The notes under the pieces: generated by a model | Seen by the model: only the letters and a program-made list of their open reading frames with translations | What the model was told of the DNA's origin: nothing | Database searches by the model: none | Shown: in pieces, positions 1 to 8,303 of the stretch | Position numbering within the stretch: the stretch's first letter is position 1 | Layout: the number at the start of each line of letters is the position of its first letter | From: Candidatus Saccharimonadota bacterium | Lineage (GTDB): Bacteria; Patescibacteriota; Saccharimonadia; Saccharimonadales; UBA4665 | DNA: 32,000 bases | Assembly: GCA_016700375.1 (NCBI GenBank) | Contig: CP065016.1 | Location: 1,200,001-1,232,000, forward strand | Direction of reading: 5' to 3' | Position numbers and translations under genes: made by a program

Positions 1-1
1 C

Positions 2-886
2 GACATTGCATTTCCCGCCATGCACGGTACCCATGGCGAAGACGGCGAACTTATGGGGATGTTTGAGCTTGCAGGCATACCATATGTTGGTTGCGGTGTG
101 GCGGCCAGTGCGGTTGCCATGGATAAAGTGCTTGCCAAAAAGGTTGCAAGCGCCGAGGGCATATTGACCCCTAGGGGCATATATACCGACTCGGTGCTCA
201 TTACGAAAAATCCTGCTGCCACGAAGACCATGTGCAAAGGACTCCATTATCCATTGTTTGTGAAGCCAGCGCATCTTGGTTCGAGCATTGGCGTCAGCCG
301 GGTCAAGAATGAAAAAGAACTGACAAATGCGCTCGAGGTTGCGGCGCACTATGACCCAACAGTCATTGTCGAAGAAGCGGTGCCCAACTTGGTTGAGGTG
401 ACGCTACCCATTATGGGGCCGCATGCCAATCCGCAGCCTGCTGTGCTTGAACAGCCGCTCACTCGCAACGAAGATTTCTTTGATTTTGAGCGCAAGTATA
501 TGCACGGTGGCAAAAAAGGCGGCAAACTTGGCACGAAAGCTGGCGGGAAGCCCAGCGTAAAAGGCTCGCAGGGCTATAGCCACATTCCTGCAAACCTGCC
601 AAAAGACTTGTTCGACGCTGCTGTACAAACAGGCCTAGGGGTGTACCGAGCACTTGGCTGCGACGGTATTGCCCGTGTCGATATGCTAGTCGATACCAAG
701 GCTAAAAAAGTCTATTTCAACGAAGTAAATCCGCTCCCTGGCAGTCTCTATGCTCACAACTGGCAGCAGGCCGGCGTTAGTCGGGTTGAGCTGGTAGAAA
801 AACTGATTACGTTTGCGCTTGCTCGACACGCAGAAAAGGCCACGCACACCACCACATTCACTACGAATTTCCTAAAACAGTTCTAA
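2..886 (+). CDS. ddl: D-alanine--D-alanine ligase (5' end outside window)
   Basis: The frame is open from nt 2 (DIAFPAMHGTHGEDGELMGMFELAGIPYVGCGV), matching the conserved Ddl HGxxGEDGxxQG...PYVG region. ATP-grasp C-terminal motifs are present (GIARVDMLVD, YFNEVNPLPGS). It carries a Gly/Lys-rich insertion (see findings). Confidence 0.88.
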   Translation, partial: DIAFPAMHGTHGEDGELMGMFELAGIPYVGCGVAASAVAMDKVLAKKVASAEGILTPRGIYTDSVLITKNPAATKTMCKGLHYPLFVKPAHLGSSIGVSRVKNEKELTNALEVAAHYDPTVIVEEAVPNLVEVTLPIMGPHANPQPAVLEQPLTRNEDFFDFERKYMHGGKKGGKLGTKAGGKPSVKGSQGYSHIPANLPKDLFDAAVQTGLGVYRALGCDGIARVDMLVDTKAKKVYFNEVNPLPGSLYAHNWQQAGVSRVELVEKLITFALARHAEKATHTTTFTTNFLKQF

Positions 887-937
887 GCGCCCTCGAGAAG
901 GTGCGAAATTGACCCACCCCTGATATACTAGAGGTCT

Positions 938-3463
938 ATGAAACGCTACAATCCGAAAGAAATCGAACCAAAGTGGCAAAGTGAGTGGGACAAAGAGCAG
1001 GTCTACAAAGCCGACCTAAACTCCACGAAGCCCAAATACATCGCAATGAGCATGTTCAACTACCCCAGCGGGGCGGGTATACACATTGGCCATGCCATGA
1101 ACTACACCATCAGCGACGTCATGGCCCGGTTCAAGCGCCAGCAGGGCTTTGAAAGCTACCACCCCGTAGGTTGGGATGCATTTGGCCTTCCTGCCGAAAA
1201 CTATGCCATTAAAGCTGGTGTGTCGCCGCAGCAGAGTATGGCGAAGATTATCCCAAGCTACCACACCCAGTACAAAGCCATGGGCTGGAGTAACGACTGG
1301 AGCAAAGAAATCAACACGCACCTGCCGGAATATTACCGCTGGACGCAGTGGATTTTCTGGAAGATGTACGAGCAGGGCATGGCGTACCAAGATGCTCGCA
1401 TGCAGTGGTGGTGCACCAGGTGCCAAACGGTGCTGGCAAACGAACAGGTCTTGGACGGCAAATGCTGGCGGCACGACGCAGCCGATGACCCAGATGTGCA
1501 AAAACGCGAAGTAAAACAGTGGTTTTTCCGCATAACCGACTATGCCGATGAACTGCTTCAGGCCACCCACGACCTCGACTGGTCAGACGTGGTCAAAACC
1601 GCCCAGGTAAACTGGATAGGTAAAAGCGAAGGCGCGAACGTCCGGTTTGTGGTAGAGGGCCATGGGGCCAAAGATGAGTTTGTCGAGGTATTCACAACGG
1701 CTCATGATACGATATTTGGCACTACATTTATGGTACTGGCACCGGAGCACCCACTGGTAGCACATTACGGACAGCTTGCAGATAACGCAGTGGACATAGA
1801 GGAATACATTGCGGGAGTCAATCGCAAGTCCGAACTTGAGCGTTTGGCAGATAAGACCAAATCTGGCGTACCTATCGAAGGTCTGTATGCGATAAATCCT
1901 CTAAATGGAGCAAAGATTCCTATCTGGACCGCTGACTATGTGCTTATGGGCTATGGAACTGGTGCCGTTATGGGTGTACCAGGCGAAGACGAGCGAGATA
2001 ATGAGTTTGCGAAGAAATTTGGTCTCCCCATTATCTATACAACAAAACAACAGGAATTTATCTCTTATACAGACGAGATTAAGCCAAATCGCAAAAAATA
2101 CTTCTTGGCTAACTCTGGCGAATTCGATGGCATGGATTTTGAGGTTGGCCGTCAAGCAATGCTCGATGCACTTGTGGCGAAGGGAGCCGGAGAAGCGGTA
2201 ACACAGTATAAAATCCGTGATTGGTCTGTGAGTCGGCAGCGGTACTGGGGTGCGCCTATACCCATTGTGCATTGTCCGGTGGATGGCATTGTACCAGTGC
2301 CAGAGAGTGAGCTGCCGGTTGTACTACCCGAGCTGGAAGATTTTGCGCCGAGTGGCGATGGCCGCAGTGCGCTTGCCCGCGCTAGCGAATGGCTCAACAC
2401 ATCGTGCCCCAAATGCGGCGGCCCGGCCGAGCGCGAAACAGACACGCTCGACACCTACATTTGCAGTAGCTGGTATGAGCTGCGCTATTTTGACCCCGCA
2501 AATAGTAACGCGCCATTCGACTCTGCATTGGCCAACAAATGGATGCCCATAGACTTTTACAACGGTGGCGACCACGCCACGGCACACCTCATATATGTGC
2601 GTTTTATTGCCCGCTTTTTCCATAAACTCGGCATGCTGGCCGACCCAGAACCGTTCAAACGCTTTCTGTTCAACGGTAAGGTTACAGCCAGTGACGGCAC
2701 CATGTTTAGTAAAAGCAAAGGTAACGGTGTTGACCCGCTCGAAATTATTGCTCAGGGCTACGGTGCCGACGCGCTGCGCACGTATCTCATGTTTGCCGCG
2801 CCGCTTGACCTCTGGGTACGCTGGGACCCACAGGGTGTGCCAGGAACCTACCGCTTTTTAAACCGCGTGTGGAATCTTGTGCAGGAATACCTAGAGCAAA
2901 GCGCAGAGGGCAAAGAGCAAAGTTCGCCTGCTGTTCAAACAAAGCCCGATACCCAAAGCCGCACACCCCAGTCATTGGCCGTTTTGCGCGCCATTCATCA
3001 GGCTATCCAAAAGGTGACGGCCGACCTAGAGGCGCAGCGCTACAACACTGCAATTGCCGCCATGATGGAAGTTACGAATACGCTTTACGCGCTCAAAGCC
3101 AAAGACGGCTTCGCGAACCAGAATGCATGGAATTTTGCGCTCAAAAGCTTAGTTGCGCTCGTAGCGCCCTTTGCCCCGCATATTGCCGACGAGCTCTGGC
3201 ATGACCTTGGGCGGACCACAAGTGTGCAGCGGGGTAGCTGGCCCGTACTTGACGAGCAGTATTTGGTAAAAGATACCGTTACGCTAGCTGTGCAGGTAAA
3301 TGGCAAACTACGCGGCACCGTAGAGGTTGCGGCAAATGCCGATGAAGCCACCTCTGTAGAAACCGCCAAACGAGACGAAAAAGTCGCTGGCTACCTTGAG
3401 GACAAAGAAATCATAAAAATCATCTACGTCCCCAAAAAACTTATTAGTTTTGTTGTGAGATAA
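938..3463 (+). CDS. leuS: Leucyl-tRNA synthetase
   Basis: 841 aa with the class I HIGH motif (HIGHAMNY) and a KMSKS-type motif (MFSKSKGNG). It has the LeuRS-typical N-terminus (YNPKEIEPKWQSEW), a large editing insertion and Cys pairs (CTRC, CPKCGG). Confidence 0.95.
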   Translation: MKRYNPKEIEPKWQSEWDKEQVYKADLNSTKPKYIAMSMFNYPSGAGIHIGHAMNYTISDVMARFKRQQGFESYHPVGWDAFGLPAENYAIKAGVSPQQSMAKIIPSYHTQYKAMGWSNDWSKEINTHLPEYYRWTQWIFWKMYEQGMAYQDARMQWWCTRCQTVLANEQVLDGKCWRHDAADDPDVQKREVKQWFFRITDYADELLQATHDLDWSDVVKTAQVNWIGKSEGANVRFVVEGHGAKDEFVEVFTTAHDTIFGTTFMVLAPEHPLVAHYGQLADNAVDIEEYIAGVNRKSELERLADKTKSGVPIEGLYAINPLNGAKIPIWTADYVLMGYGTGAVMGVPGEDERDNEFAKKFGLPIIYTTKQQEFISYTDEIKPNRKKYFLANSGEFDGMDFEVGRQAMLDALVAKGAGEAVTQYKIRDWSVSRQRYWGAPIPIVHCPVDGIVPVPESELPVVLPELEDFAPSGDGRSALARASEWLNTSCPKCGGPAERETDTLDTYICSSWYELRYFDPANSNAPFDSALANKWMPIDFYNGGDHATAHLIYVRFIARFFHKLGMLADPEPFKRFLFNGKVTASDGTMFSKSKGNGVDPLEIIAQGYGADALRTYLMFAAPLDLWVRWDPQGVPGTYRFLNRVWNLVQEYLEQSAEGKEQSSPAVQTKPDTQSRTPQSLAVLRAIHQAIQKVTADLEAQRYNTAIAAMMEVTNTLYALKAKDGFANQNAWNFALKSLVALVAPFAPHIADELWHDLGRTTSVQRGSWPVLDEQYLVKDTVTLAVQVNGKLRGTVEVAANADEATSVETAKRDEKVAGYLEDKEIIKIIYVPKKLISFVVR

Positions 3464-3472
3464 TCTGAAGTT

Positions 3473-4000
3473 CTACCCTCGGCGGAAGCCTTGGTCTAAA
3501 AGCCCTTGGAGGAAAAGCCCCCCACGTACTTTGTCGGCATCAACTGGCACACGTGGCGAACGACTCCCTGTATCAACAATACATGCGTCGGATGCGTCGA
3601 AAGGTTCATGAGTCTCTGGACGGTTAGAAAGTAGTGTATTCTCCACGTCTAGTGCGGACTCTGCGTGTTGTAAAAATGATGTATCAACTGCTTCTGGTGC
3701 TGAGCTCCCATGAATAGCTCTTATAACCCCCGCACCGACTGCAACCGCAACAACATCATCGTTCGCTCGTCTTTGTCGTCGTGTTTCCAGCTCACTCGCA
3801 GGTATTACACTGGCTAAGACATCAGCGCTCTCTTGTGACAAGGGTTGTAGTCTGCCACCAAAGCCATTAACTCCAGTGCTTTGCAATATACTAAGTTCAC
3901 GTCCGGCCGCACTTGAATGTCGAAGCTGTGAGGCGGTCAATCCATCGATAATTCCTGCAAGAAGTGCAGCCGGACTTTCATAAGCTTTAGTTTTTTTCAT
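3473..4000 (-). CDS. Hypothetical protein (175 aa if started at MKKTK)
   Basis: Long ORF convergent with leuS and no motif I recognise. On the minus strand a TTGACA-18-TATAAT promoter (plus coordinates 4037..4008) ends 7 nt before the ATG at 4000, which suggests a leaderless start; the upstream ATG at 4009 lies inside the -10 box. Confidence 0.5.
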   Translation of the reverse strand: MKKTKAYESPAALLAGIIDGLTASQLRHSSAAGRELSILQSTGVNGFGGRLQPLSQESADVLASVIPASELETRRQRRANDDVVAVAVGAGVIRAIHGSSAPEAVDTSFLQHAESALDVENTLLSNRPETHEPFDASDACIVDTGSRSPRVPVDADKVRGGLFLQGLLDQGFRRG

Positions 4001-4044
4001 AAATAGCATTATATCATAAAAGTATAGTTTTTGTCAATTCGTAC

Positions 4045-4073
4045 TTGAGACGTTTATCTATTTGCTGTATAAT
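4045..4073 (+). promoter_or_regulatory. Sigma70-like promoter upstream of rpmF-nusB-nudix
   Basis: TTGAGA (4045-4050), a 17-nt spacer, then TATAAT (4068-4073), about 47 nt upstream of the rpmF ATG. Confidence 0.45.
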
Positions 4074-4119
4074 ACGGTCAAATAATAACTACAAACTTCG
4101 AGAAGGAGTTAGCACATCT

Positions 4120-4275
4120 ATGGGTAAACCAAAGAAACGAACCAGCCCCCGAGCTACCGGTGCGCGTCGCAGCCACCTCATAGTTAAGCTCGCCCGAGCT
4201 GTCAATAAAAAATCGCCAGTAAAAGCCTACACGACCCGCCGCGAAAGCGGTAAGAAGCTGGCCGCTACTAAGTAA
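4120..4275 (+). CDS. rpmF: 50S ribosomal protein L32 (bL32)
   Basis: MGKPKKRTSPRATGARRSH matches the bL32 N-terminal signature (PKKRTSxxxxxxRRSH). A GAAGGAG SD lies at 4102-4108. The ORF-track start at 4045 is an upstream in-frame extension. Confidence 0.85.
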   Translation: MGKPKKRTSPRATGARRSHLIVKLARAVNKKSPVKAYTTRRESGKKLAATK

Positions 4276-4294
4276 TTACTAAAGGAGCGAGCAT

Positions 4295-4831
4295 ATGGCT
4301 TCAAACCGCCACCTCGGTCGTATCGTTGCGCTGCAAACGCTCTATGAGCTAGATTTTCGCCGCGAAGCAGGCGACACAACCTTTGACCTCGGCTTAGTGC
4401 TAAAACGCAATATTGCACGGTACGAATCTACGGTAGACGACGTATTTTTCATAGAAGAACTGGTAAAAGGTGTCGAGAAGTACGAAAAAGAACTCGACGA
4501 CGAACTCCGGCCGCTTGCGCCAGAGTGGCCACTAGAACAAATTGCTCGTATGGACAGAGTGGTCTTGCGTATGGGACTGTACGAACTGCACCACGAGCCA
4601 GACGTCCCGCCAAAAGTGGTTATAAATGAAGCCGTTGAACTCGCCAAGGCCTTTGGTGGAGACAATAGTAGCAAGTTTATTAACGGCGTACTGGGTACGG
4701 CCCTGAAAAACAAGTCTGGCGCAAATGAAGTAAAACCCACAGAGGAGAAGGCTTCATCCCAGACGAAAACGGCCGCAAAGTCGGCAAAGAAATCACCCAC
4801 AGCAAAAAAACCTACAAAGAAGGCGGCTTAA
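4295..4831 (+). CDS. nusB: Transcription antitermination factor NusB with Lys/Ala-rich C-terminal tail
   Basis: The N-terminus [17 protein letters not shown] and the segment [24 protein letters not shown] are typical NusB. An AAGGAG SD lies upstream. About 40 aa of basic low-complexity tail follow the domain. Confidence 0.85.
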   Translation: MASNRHLGRIVALQTLYELDFRREAGDTTFDLGLVLKRNIARYESTVDDVFFIEELVKGVEKYEKELDDELRPLAPEWPLEQIARMDRVVLRMGLYELHHEPDVPPKVVINEAVELAKAFGGDNSSKFINGVLGTALKNKSGANEVKPTEEKASSQTKTAAKSAKKSPTAKKPTKKAA

Positions 4832-4834
4832 GCC

Positions 4835-5371
4835 ATGGGTGAAGCAAAGCGCAAACGACTCGCTGCTATGGAGGGCATAAAAAAACCCATTGAGGGCTTT
4901 CGCAAGTTTGTAACGCGCCGCCCCGTTATAGAAGAGGTGGTGCGCGAAACAACATCTGGCGGCATAGTATTTAGGCACAACGAAAAGACGAGTGGCGTAG
5001 AAATACTGCTTATTAAAGATGCAAAAAACCGATGGACTATCCCCAAAGGTCACGTAGAAGAAGGCGAAGAGCCAAAAGCGACCGCCGAACGCGAGATTCG
5101 TGAGGAAACTGGCCTGCAAGAAATGCGGGTTATGCAGTGGTTAGGAAAAGTGAATTTTCGCTATAGGCGGAACCACACACTCGTGCTTATGACTATGCAC
5201 ATCTACTTGGTGGAAGGGCTCGGTAATACAAACCGCCTGCACCCAGAAGATTGGCTGAGTGATATTCAATGGCTGCCCGCCACCGAAGCGGTGGATGCAA
5301 TTGCCTATGAGGACATCGGCAAGCTTATGCTGGCTGGTATGAAAAAAGTAAGGGAAAGGAGAGCAAACTAG
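4835..5371 (+). CDS. Nudix hydrolase
   Basis: Nudix box GHVEEGEEPKATAEREIREETG (Gx5Ex7REUxEExGU). The start is 3 nt after the nusB stop. Confidence 0.8.
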   Translation: MGEAKRKRLAAMEGIKKPIEGFRKFVTRRPVIEEVVRETTSGGIVFRHNEKTSGVEILLIKDAKNRWTIPKGHVEEGEEPKATAEREIREETGLQEMRVMQWLGKVNFRYRRNHTLVLMTMHIYLVEGLGNTNRLHPEDWLSDIQWLPATEAVDAIAYEDIGKLMLAGMKKVRERRAN

Positions 5372-5403
5372 TATTTAGCAGTTAGTATTTGGTATTTAGG
5401 GAT
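5369..5403 (+). repeat. Degenerate heptanucleotide tandem repeat starting at the Nudix stop codon
   Basis: Read in 7-nt register: TAGTATT TAGCAGT TAGTATT TGGTATT TAGGGAT. The first TAG is the stop codon. Confidence 0.4.
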
Positions 5404-5445
5404 TTCCCTAAGGGCTAACTACGAACTACTAACAACTCACGCATT

Positions 5446-6138
5446 ATGGACACGACACAGTATCAAGATTTTGCCAAGAAGTATTTGGGCGGCGCGTTTA
5501 CGCGGCTAGAGGTACTTATAACGGCGTTTACGCACCGTTCGTACCTAAACGAACACAAAAAATCGGCCAGCGAACACAATGAACGCCTGGAGTTTCTGGG
5601 TGATGCTGTGCTTGAGCTGGTAGTCACAGAATTTCTCTACACCAACTACCCAGACCCAGAGGGAATTTTGACCAACTGGCGGAGTTCGCTGGTGCGCACG
5701 GAAAGTATTAGTGCGGCTGGAGCACGCCTTGGTGTTGAGTCGCTACTGCGCTTGAGCCGCGGCGAAAAGAATGGCACAGAACGGGCGCGGGCGCAGATAC
5801 TGGCAAATGCGTTCGAAGCTATCATCGGCGCGCTGTACCTAGAGCGCGGCTACGATGCCTGCAAGGTCTTTATAACCGAAAACATTCTCAGTACGTTCGA
5901 TGACATCTTGAAAACTGGCTCCTGGATGGACCCGAAATCGCGCCTGCAAGAGATTGTACAGGGGCAGGTAGGGGCGACACCGTCGTACCGCGTGCTCAGC
6001 GAGGAAGGCCCCGACCACGAAAAAGAGTTTACCGTAGGTGTCTATGTAGACGACAAACTCATCGGCAAAGGCAGTGGCCCCAGCAAACAAGCCGCCCAGG
6101 TCTCTGCCGCCACTACAGCATTGAAAAAGTATGTTTGA
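5446..6138 (+). CDS. rnc: Ribonuclease III
   Basis: RNase III signature ERLEFLGDAVLELVVTE, a second catalytic region (ANAFEAIIGALYLE) and a C-terminal dsRBD (GPDHEKEFTVGVYV...GSGPSKQAAQVSAA). Confidence 0.92.
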   Translation: MDTTQYQDFAKKYLGGAFTRLEVLITAFTHRSYLNEHKKSASEHNERLEFLGDAVLELVVTEFLYTNYPDPEGILTNWRSSLVRTESISAAGARLGVESLLRLSRGEKNGTERARAQILANAFEAIIGALYLERGYDACKVFITENILSTFDDILKTGSWMDPKSRLQEIVQGQVGATPSYRVLSEEGPDHEKEFTVGVYVDDKLIGKGSGPSKQAAQVSAATTALKKYV

Positions 6139-6191
6139 CATATATACAAAATTAATGTAATATAAAAATATTAGAGATTGACGGAGTAATT

Positions 6192-6482
6192 ATGGATAGA
6201 ACGGGTTATGAAAAGATCGCCGAAAGGCTTTCAGATTCACTTGGAGACGATGTAGTAATTAAGCCTCCTGTGCCTGAAGAAGGAGAAGATATCAGATTCA
6301 TATCAGTTTCTTCGGCTGCTGGAACTGCTGCGATACTTAACGCATTAGATCGCATACCAGGAGTTCAGGACGGTTTTTTGGAACGATTAGGTGCTCGCGA
6401 AGGCTTATTGAGGCCGGAACTAGCAATTGCCGGGATGCCGGACCCTACAACAGTTACGTTCGATGACGTTAATTGTCGATAG
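6192..6482 (+). CDS. Hypothetical small protein (96 aa)
   Basis: An ORF with a GACGGAG SD-like sequence upstream. It sits in an AT-rich pocket between rnc and rpsP and has no recognisable motif. Confidence 0.4.
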   Translation: MDRTGYEKIAERLSDSLGDDVVIKPPVPEEGEDIRFISVSSAAGTAAILNALDRIPGVQDGFLERLGAREGLLRPELAIAGMPDPTTVTFDDVNCR

Positions 6483-6530
6483 CGCAAATCATATTCCTGC
6501 ATTTTTATATCAAAGGTTTTGACGGGATGT

Positions 6531-6559
6531 TTGACAACAGAGGTGGGAAGCTGTAAAAT
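6531..6559 (+). promoter_or_regulatory. Sigma70-like promoter upstream of rpsP
   Basis: TTGACA (6531-6536), a 17-nt spacer, then TAAAAT (6554-6559). A GGGAAGGA SD lies at 6581-6588 and the ATG at 6600. Confidence 0.45.
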
Positions 6560-6599
6560 AGTTTGAGTATAAAATTTTAAGGGAAGGATTCGTAAAACG

Positions 6600-7019
6600 A
6601 TGTTAGTTATTCGTTTGCAACGCACTGGCCGCAAAGGTCATGCACAATTCCGCGTCGTCGTTCAGGACAGTCGCCGGACCCCCACGAGTGGCAAGATTGT
6701 CGCCCAAGTAGGCACATACGACCCACATACAAAAACACTTAACCTCGACAAAGAGCGGGCGCAGCACTACCTCGACCACGGTGCACAGCCAAGCGACCGC
6801 GTGGCGCTTATTCTCAAAAAAGAAGGGGTGAAGCTACCATCATGGGTAAAGCTTCCGGCAAAACAAGAAGGCAAGCTCCGTAACCCAGAGAAACTACGCC
6901 GCAACCGCCCAGAAGAACCAAAAGAAGAACCTGCAGCAGAGGAAGCTCCCGCAGAAGAACCTGCAGAGGCAGCGGAGGCTTCACCAGAGGCAGAAACCAC
7001 TGGAGCAGCTGCCGAGTAA
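6600..7019 (+). CDS. rpsP: 30S ribosomal protein S16 (bS16) with acidic/Pro-rich C-terminal extension
   Basis: MLVIRLQRTGRKGHAQFRVVVQDSR is the canonical bS16 N-terminus. The C-terminal ~55 aa are low-complexity (PEEPKEEPAAEEAPAEEP...). Confidence 0.92.
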   Translation: MLVIRLQRTGRKGHAQFRVVVQDSRRTPTSGKIVAQVGTYDPHTKTLNLDKERAQHYLDHGAQPSDRVALILKKEGVKLPSWVKLPAKQEGKLRNPEKLRRNRPEEPKEEPAAEEAPAEEPAEAAEASPEAETTGAAAE

Positions 7020-7040
7020 AAGAAGATATAATGTAGTTAA

Positions 7041-7068
7041 AAGTGCCCCACTGGGGCACTTTTTGTTT
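7041..7068 (+). terminator. Intrinsic terminator after rpsP
   Basis: Stem GTGCCCC / GGGGCAC with a short loop, followed by TTTTTGTTTG. Confidence 0.6.
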
Positions 7069-7096
7069 GTCCGGGCTGGTGGAAGCTTTGGCATTA

Positions 7097-7125
7097 TTCG
7101 CATTTGGGGGCATATACGCTATAAT
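7097..7125 (+). promoter_or_regulatory. Possible promoter of the KH-domain gene
   Basis: TTCGCA (7097-7102), a 17-nt spacer, then TATAAT (7120-7125). A GAGGAGG SD lies at 7147-7153. Confidence 0.35.
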
Positions 7126-7159
7126 TACAGGTACCAGATAAAGCCAGAGGAGGCAGAAC

Positions 7160-7651
7160 ATGTCAGCAACTATAGATGAACAATTTGTCGAGTACGTCGT
7201 CAAATCACTCGTAGGTAAGCCAGAGGCAGTCAGCATAAAGCGCAGCGTAGACGAAAAGGGCGTACTACTCGAGCTCACGGTGGACGCAGAAGACCTTGGG
7301 CGGGTGATTGGTAAGCGTGGCGCAACCGCTCAGAGTATTCGCACGCTCTTGCGTGCGCTCGGCACGAAGCAAGAAGCCCGATACAACCTAAAAATTGTCG
7401 ACGTTGACCGTTTGGATGAAAATGGTAATCCGCTGCCTCGCCCAGAACGCGATGACCGCCCCGTCCGGGATGACTCACAGTCAGTTGCCAGCAGTGACAG
7501 CGCCAGCGACGATACAGCCCAGGCATCTTCCGCTGCAGTGGCGAGTGACGATGACGACGATGCCTTTGATGTGCCAGCCGAAAAGAAAGAAAGCGACACC
7601 GTTGCTCGAACTCGCGCAGAGTTAGCCGACCTCGACGACCTCGATATCTAG
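7160..7651 (+). CDS. KH-domain RNA-binding protein (YlqC/UPF0109-like) with long acidic tail
   Basis: KH GxxG motif in context (LGRVIGKRGATAQSIRTLL). It occupies the conserved position after rpsP. The C-terminal ~80 aa are Asp/Ser-rich. Confidence 0.75.
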   Translation: MSATIDEQFVEYVVKSLVGKPEAVSIKRSVDEKGVLLELTVDAEDLGRVIGKRGATAQSIRTLLRALGTKQEARYNLKIVDVDRLDENGNPLPRPERDDRPVRDDSQSVASSDSASDDTAQASSAAVASDDDDDAFDVPAEKKESDTVARTRAELADLDDLDI

Positions 7652-7658
7652 CCACTCA

Positions 7659-8020
7659 GTCATCCTGAACTCGTCGTTTCAGGATTCATGGCTTTCTCAG
7701 GTGTCTGTGCTTTCCATAAACCCCACAGTCTCACTACGTTCCTTACTGTCACCGGTAGTTCCCGGACTGCCAGACCGACCGGGGTCATTTTCTTCAAAAC
7801 ACATGCTGGTTTCGTCCTGTAGCCGACCTACTTTTTCTGCCGAAGAAAAAGTAGGCAAAAAGTCTCGACCAAAGGCTCCACCTCTTGGTCAGAAGCTGTC
7901 AGTTCTACAACCGACATGAGAACTCGTCAGACAGGTATTGCCACCGGCAATACCTGTCTTCCTCAAACAACTCGTGCCGCCTGTCGGAAGTTGTAGAACC
8001 TGACATCATCTGAGCCATGA
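7659..8020 (+). repeat. Hairpin-rich repeat element, copy 1 (homologous to 14190-14500)
   Basis: It begins with the palindrome GTC-ATCCTGAA-8nt-TTCAGGAT-TCATGG (7659-7691). A 12-bp A/T hairpin lies at 7827-7855. Long-range inverted arms 7898-7916 and 7982-8004 flank a perfect 13-bp hairpin at 7930-7958 (GACAGGTATTGCC-ACC-GGCAATACCTGTC). Colinear similarity to copy 2 was judged by eye. Confidence 0.6.
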
Positions 8021-8256
8021 GGTTGCGCATGGCCATTTCTAGCTATATCGCTTCGCGATAATGTACTAGCGGCCGGCGGCCGCATCTGAGATCTAAGCTC
8101 TGCAACCTGAGCTCTAGCACTCTATCCCCCTTGTGTTTTCTACGGTGTTGTGCTAGGGTAGTAAGAGTCTTTTTAAAAGACAAACTGATAAAACAAAAAC
8201 ATGTACGTTGCCCATGCGAGCGACACGCTAAACCGTGTTGGGGCCTTATGTGGCTG

Positions 8257-8291
8257 AATAACCTCTGTTTCAACAGAGGTTATTTTGGTTT
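8257..8291 (+). terminator. Intrinsic terminator 13 nt upstream of trmD
   Basis: Perfect 12-bp stem AATAACCTCTGT / ACAGAGGTTATT (8257-8268 / 8273-8284) with loop TTCA, followed by TTGGTTT. Confidence 0.6.
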
Positions 8292-8303
8292 ATACTATAA
8301 CGA

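Noticed and set aside
7701-7919. 72-aa GTG-start ORF in repeat copy 1, and the 70-aa ORF at 14236-14448 in copy 2.
   Set aside because: The two copies are similar at DNA level but their translations drift out of register. The ORFs run through hairpin stems and have no SD.
7652-8303. A known housekeeping RNA (RNase P RNA, tmRNA, SRP RNA, 6S) or a rimM pseudogene in the large KH-trmD spacer.
   Set aside because: I could not find the hallmark strings (GAGGAAAGTCC for RNase P, a tRNA-Ala-like end and tag ORF for tmRNA, the SRP GGAA/AGCA tetraloop helix) or any RimM-like translation. A second copy elsewhere argues for a repeat element.
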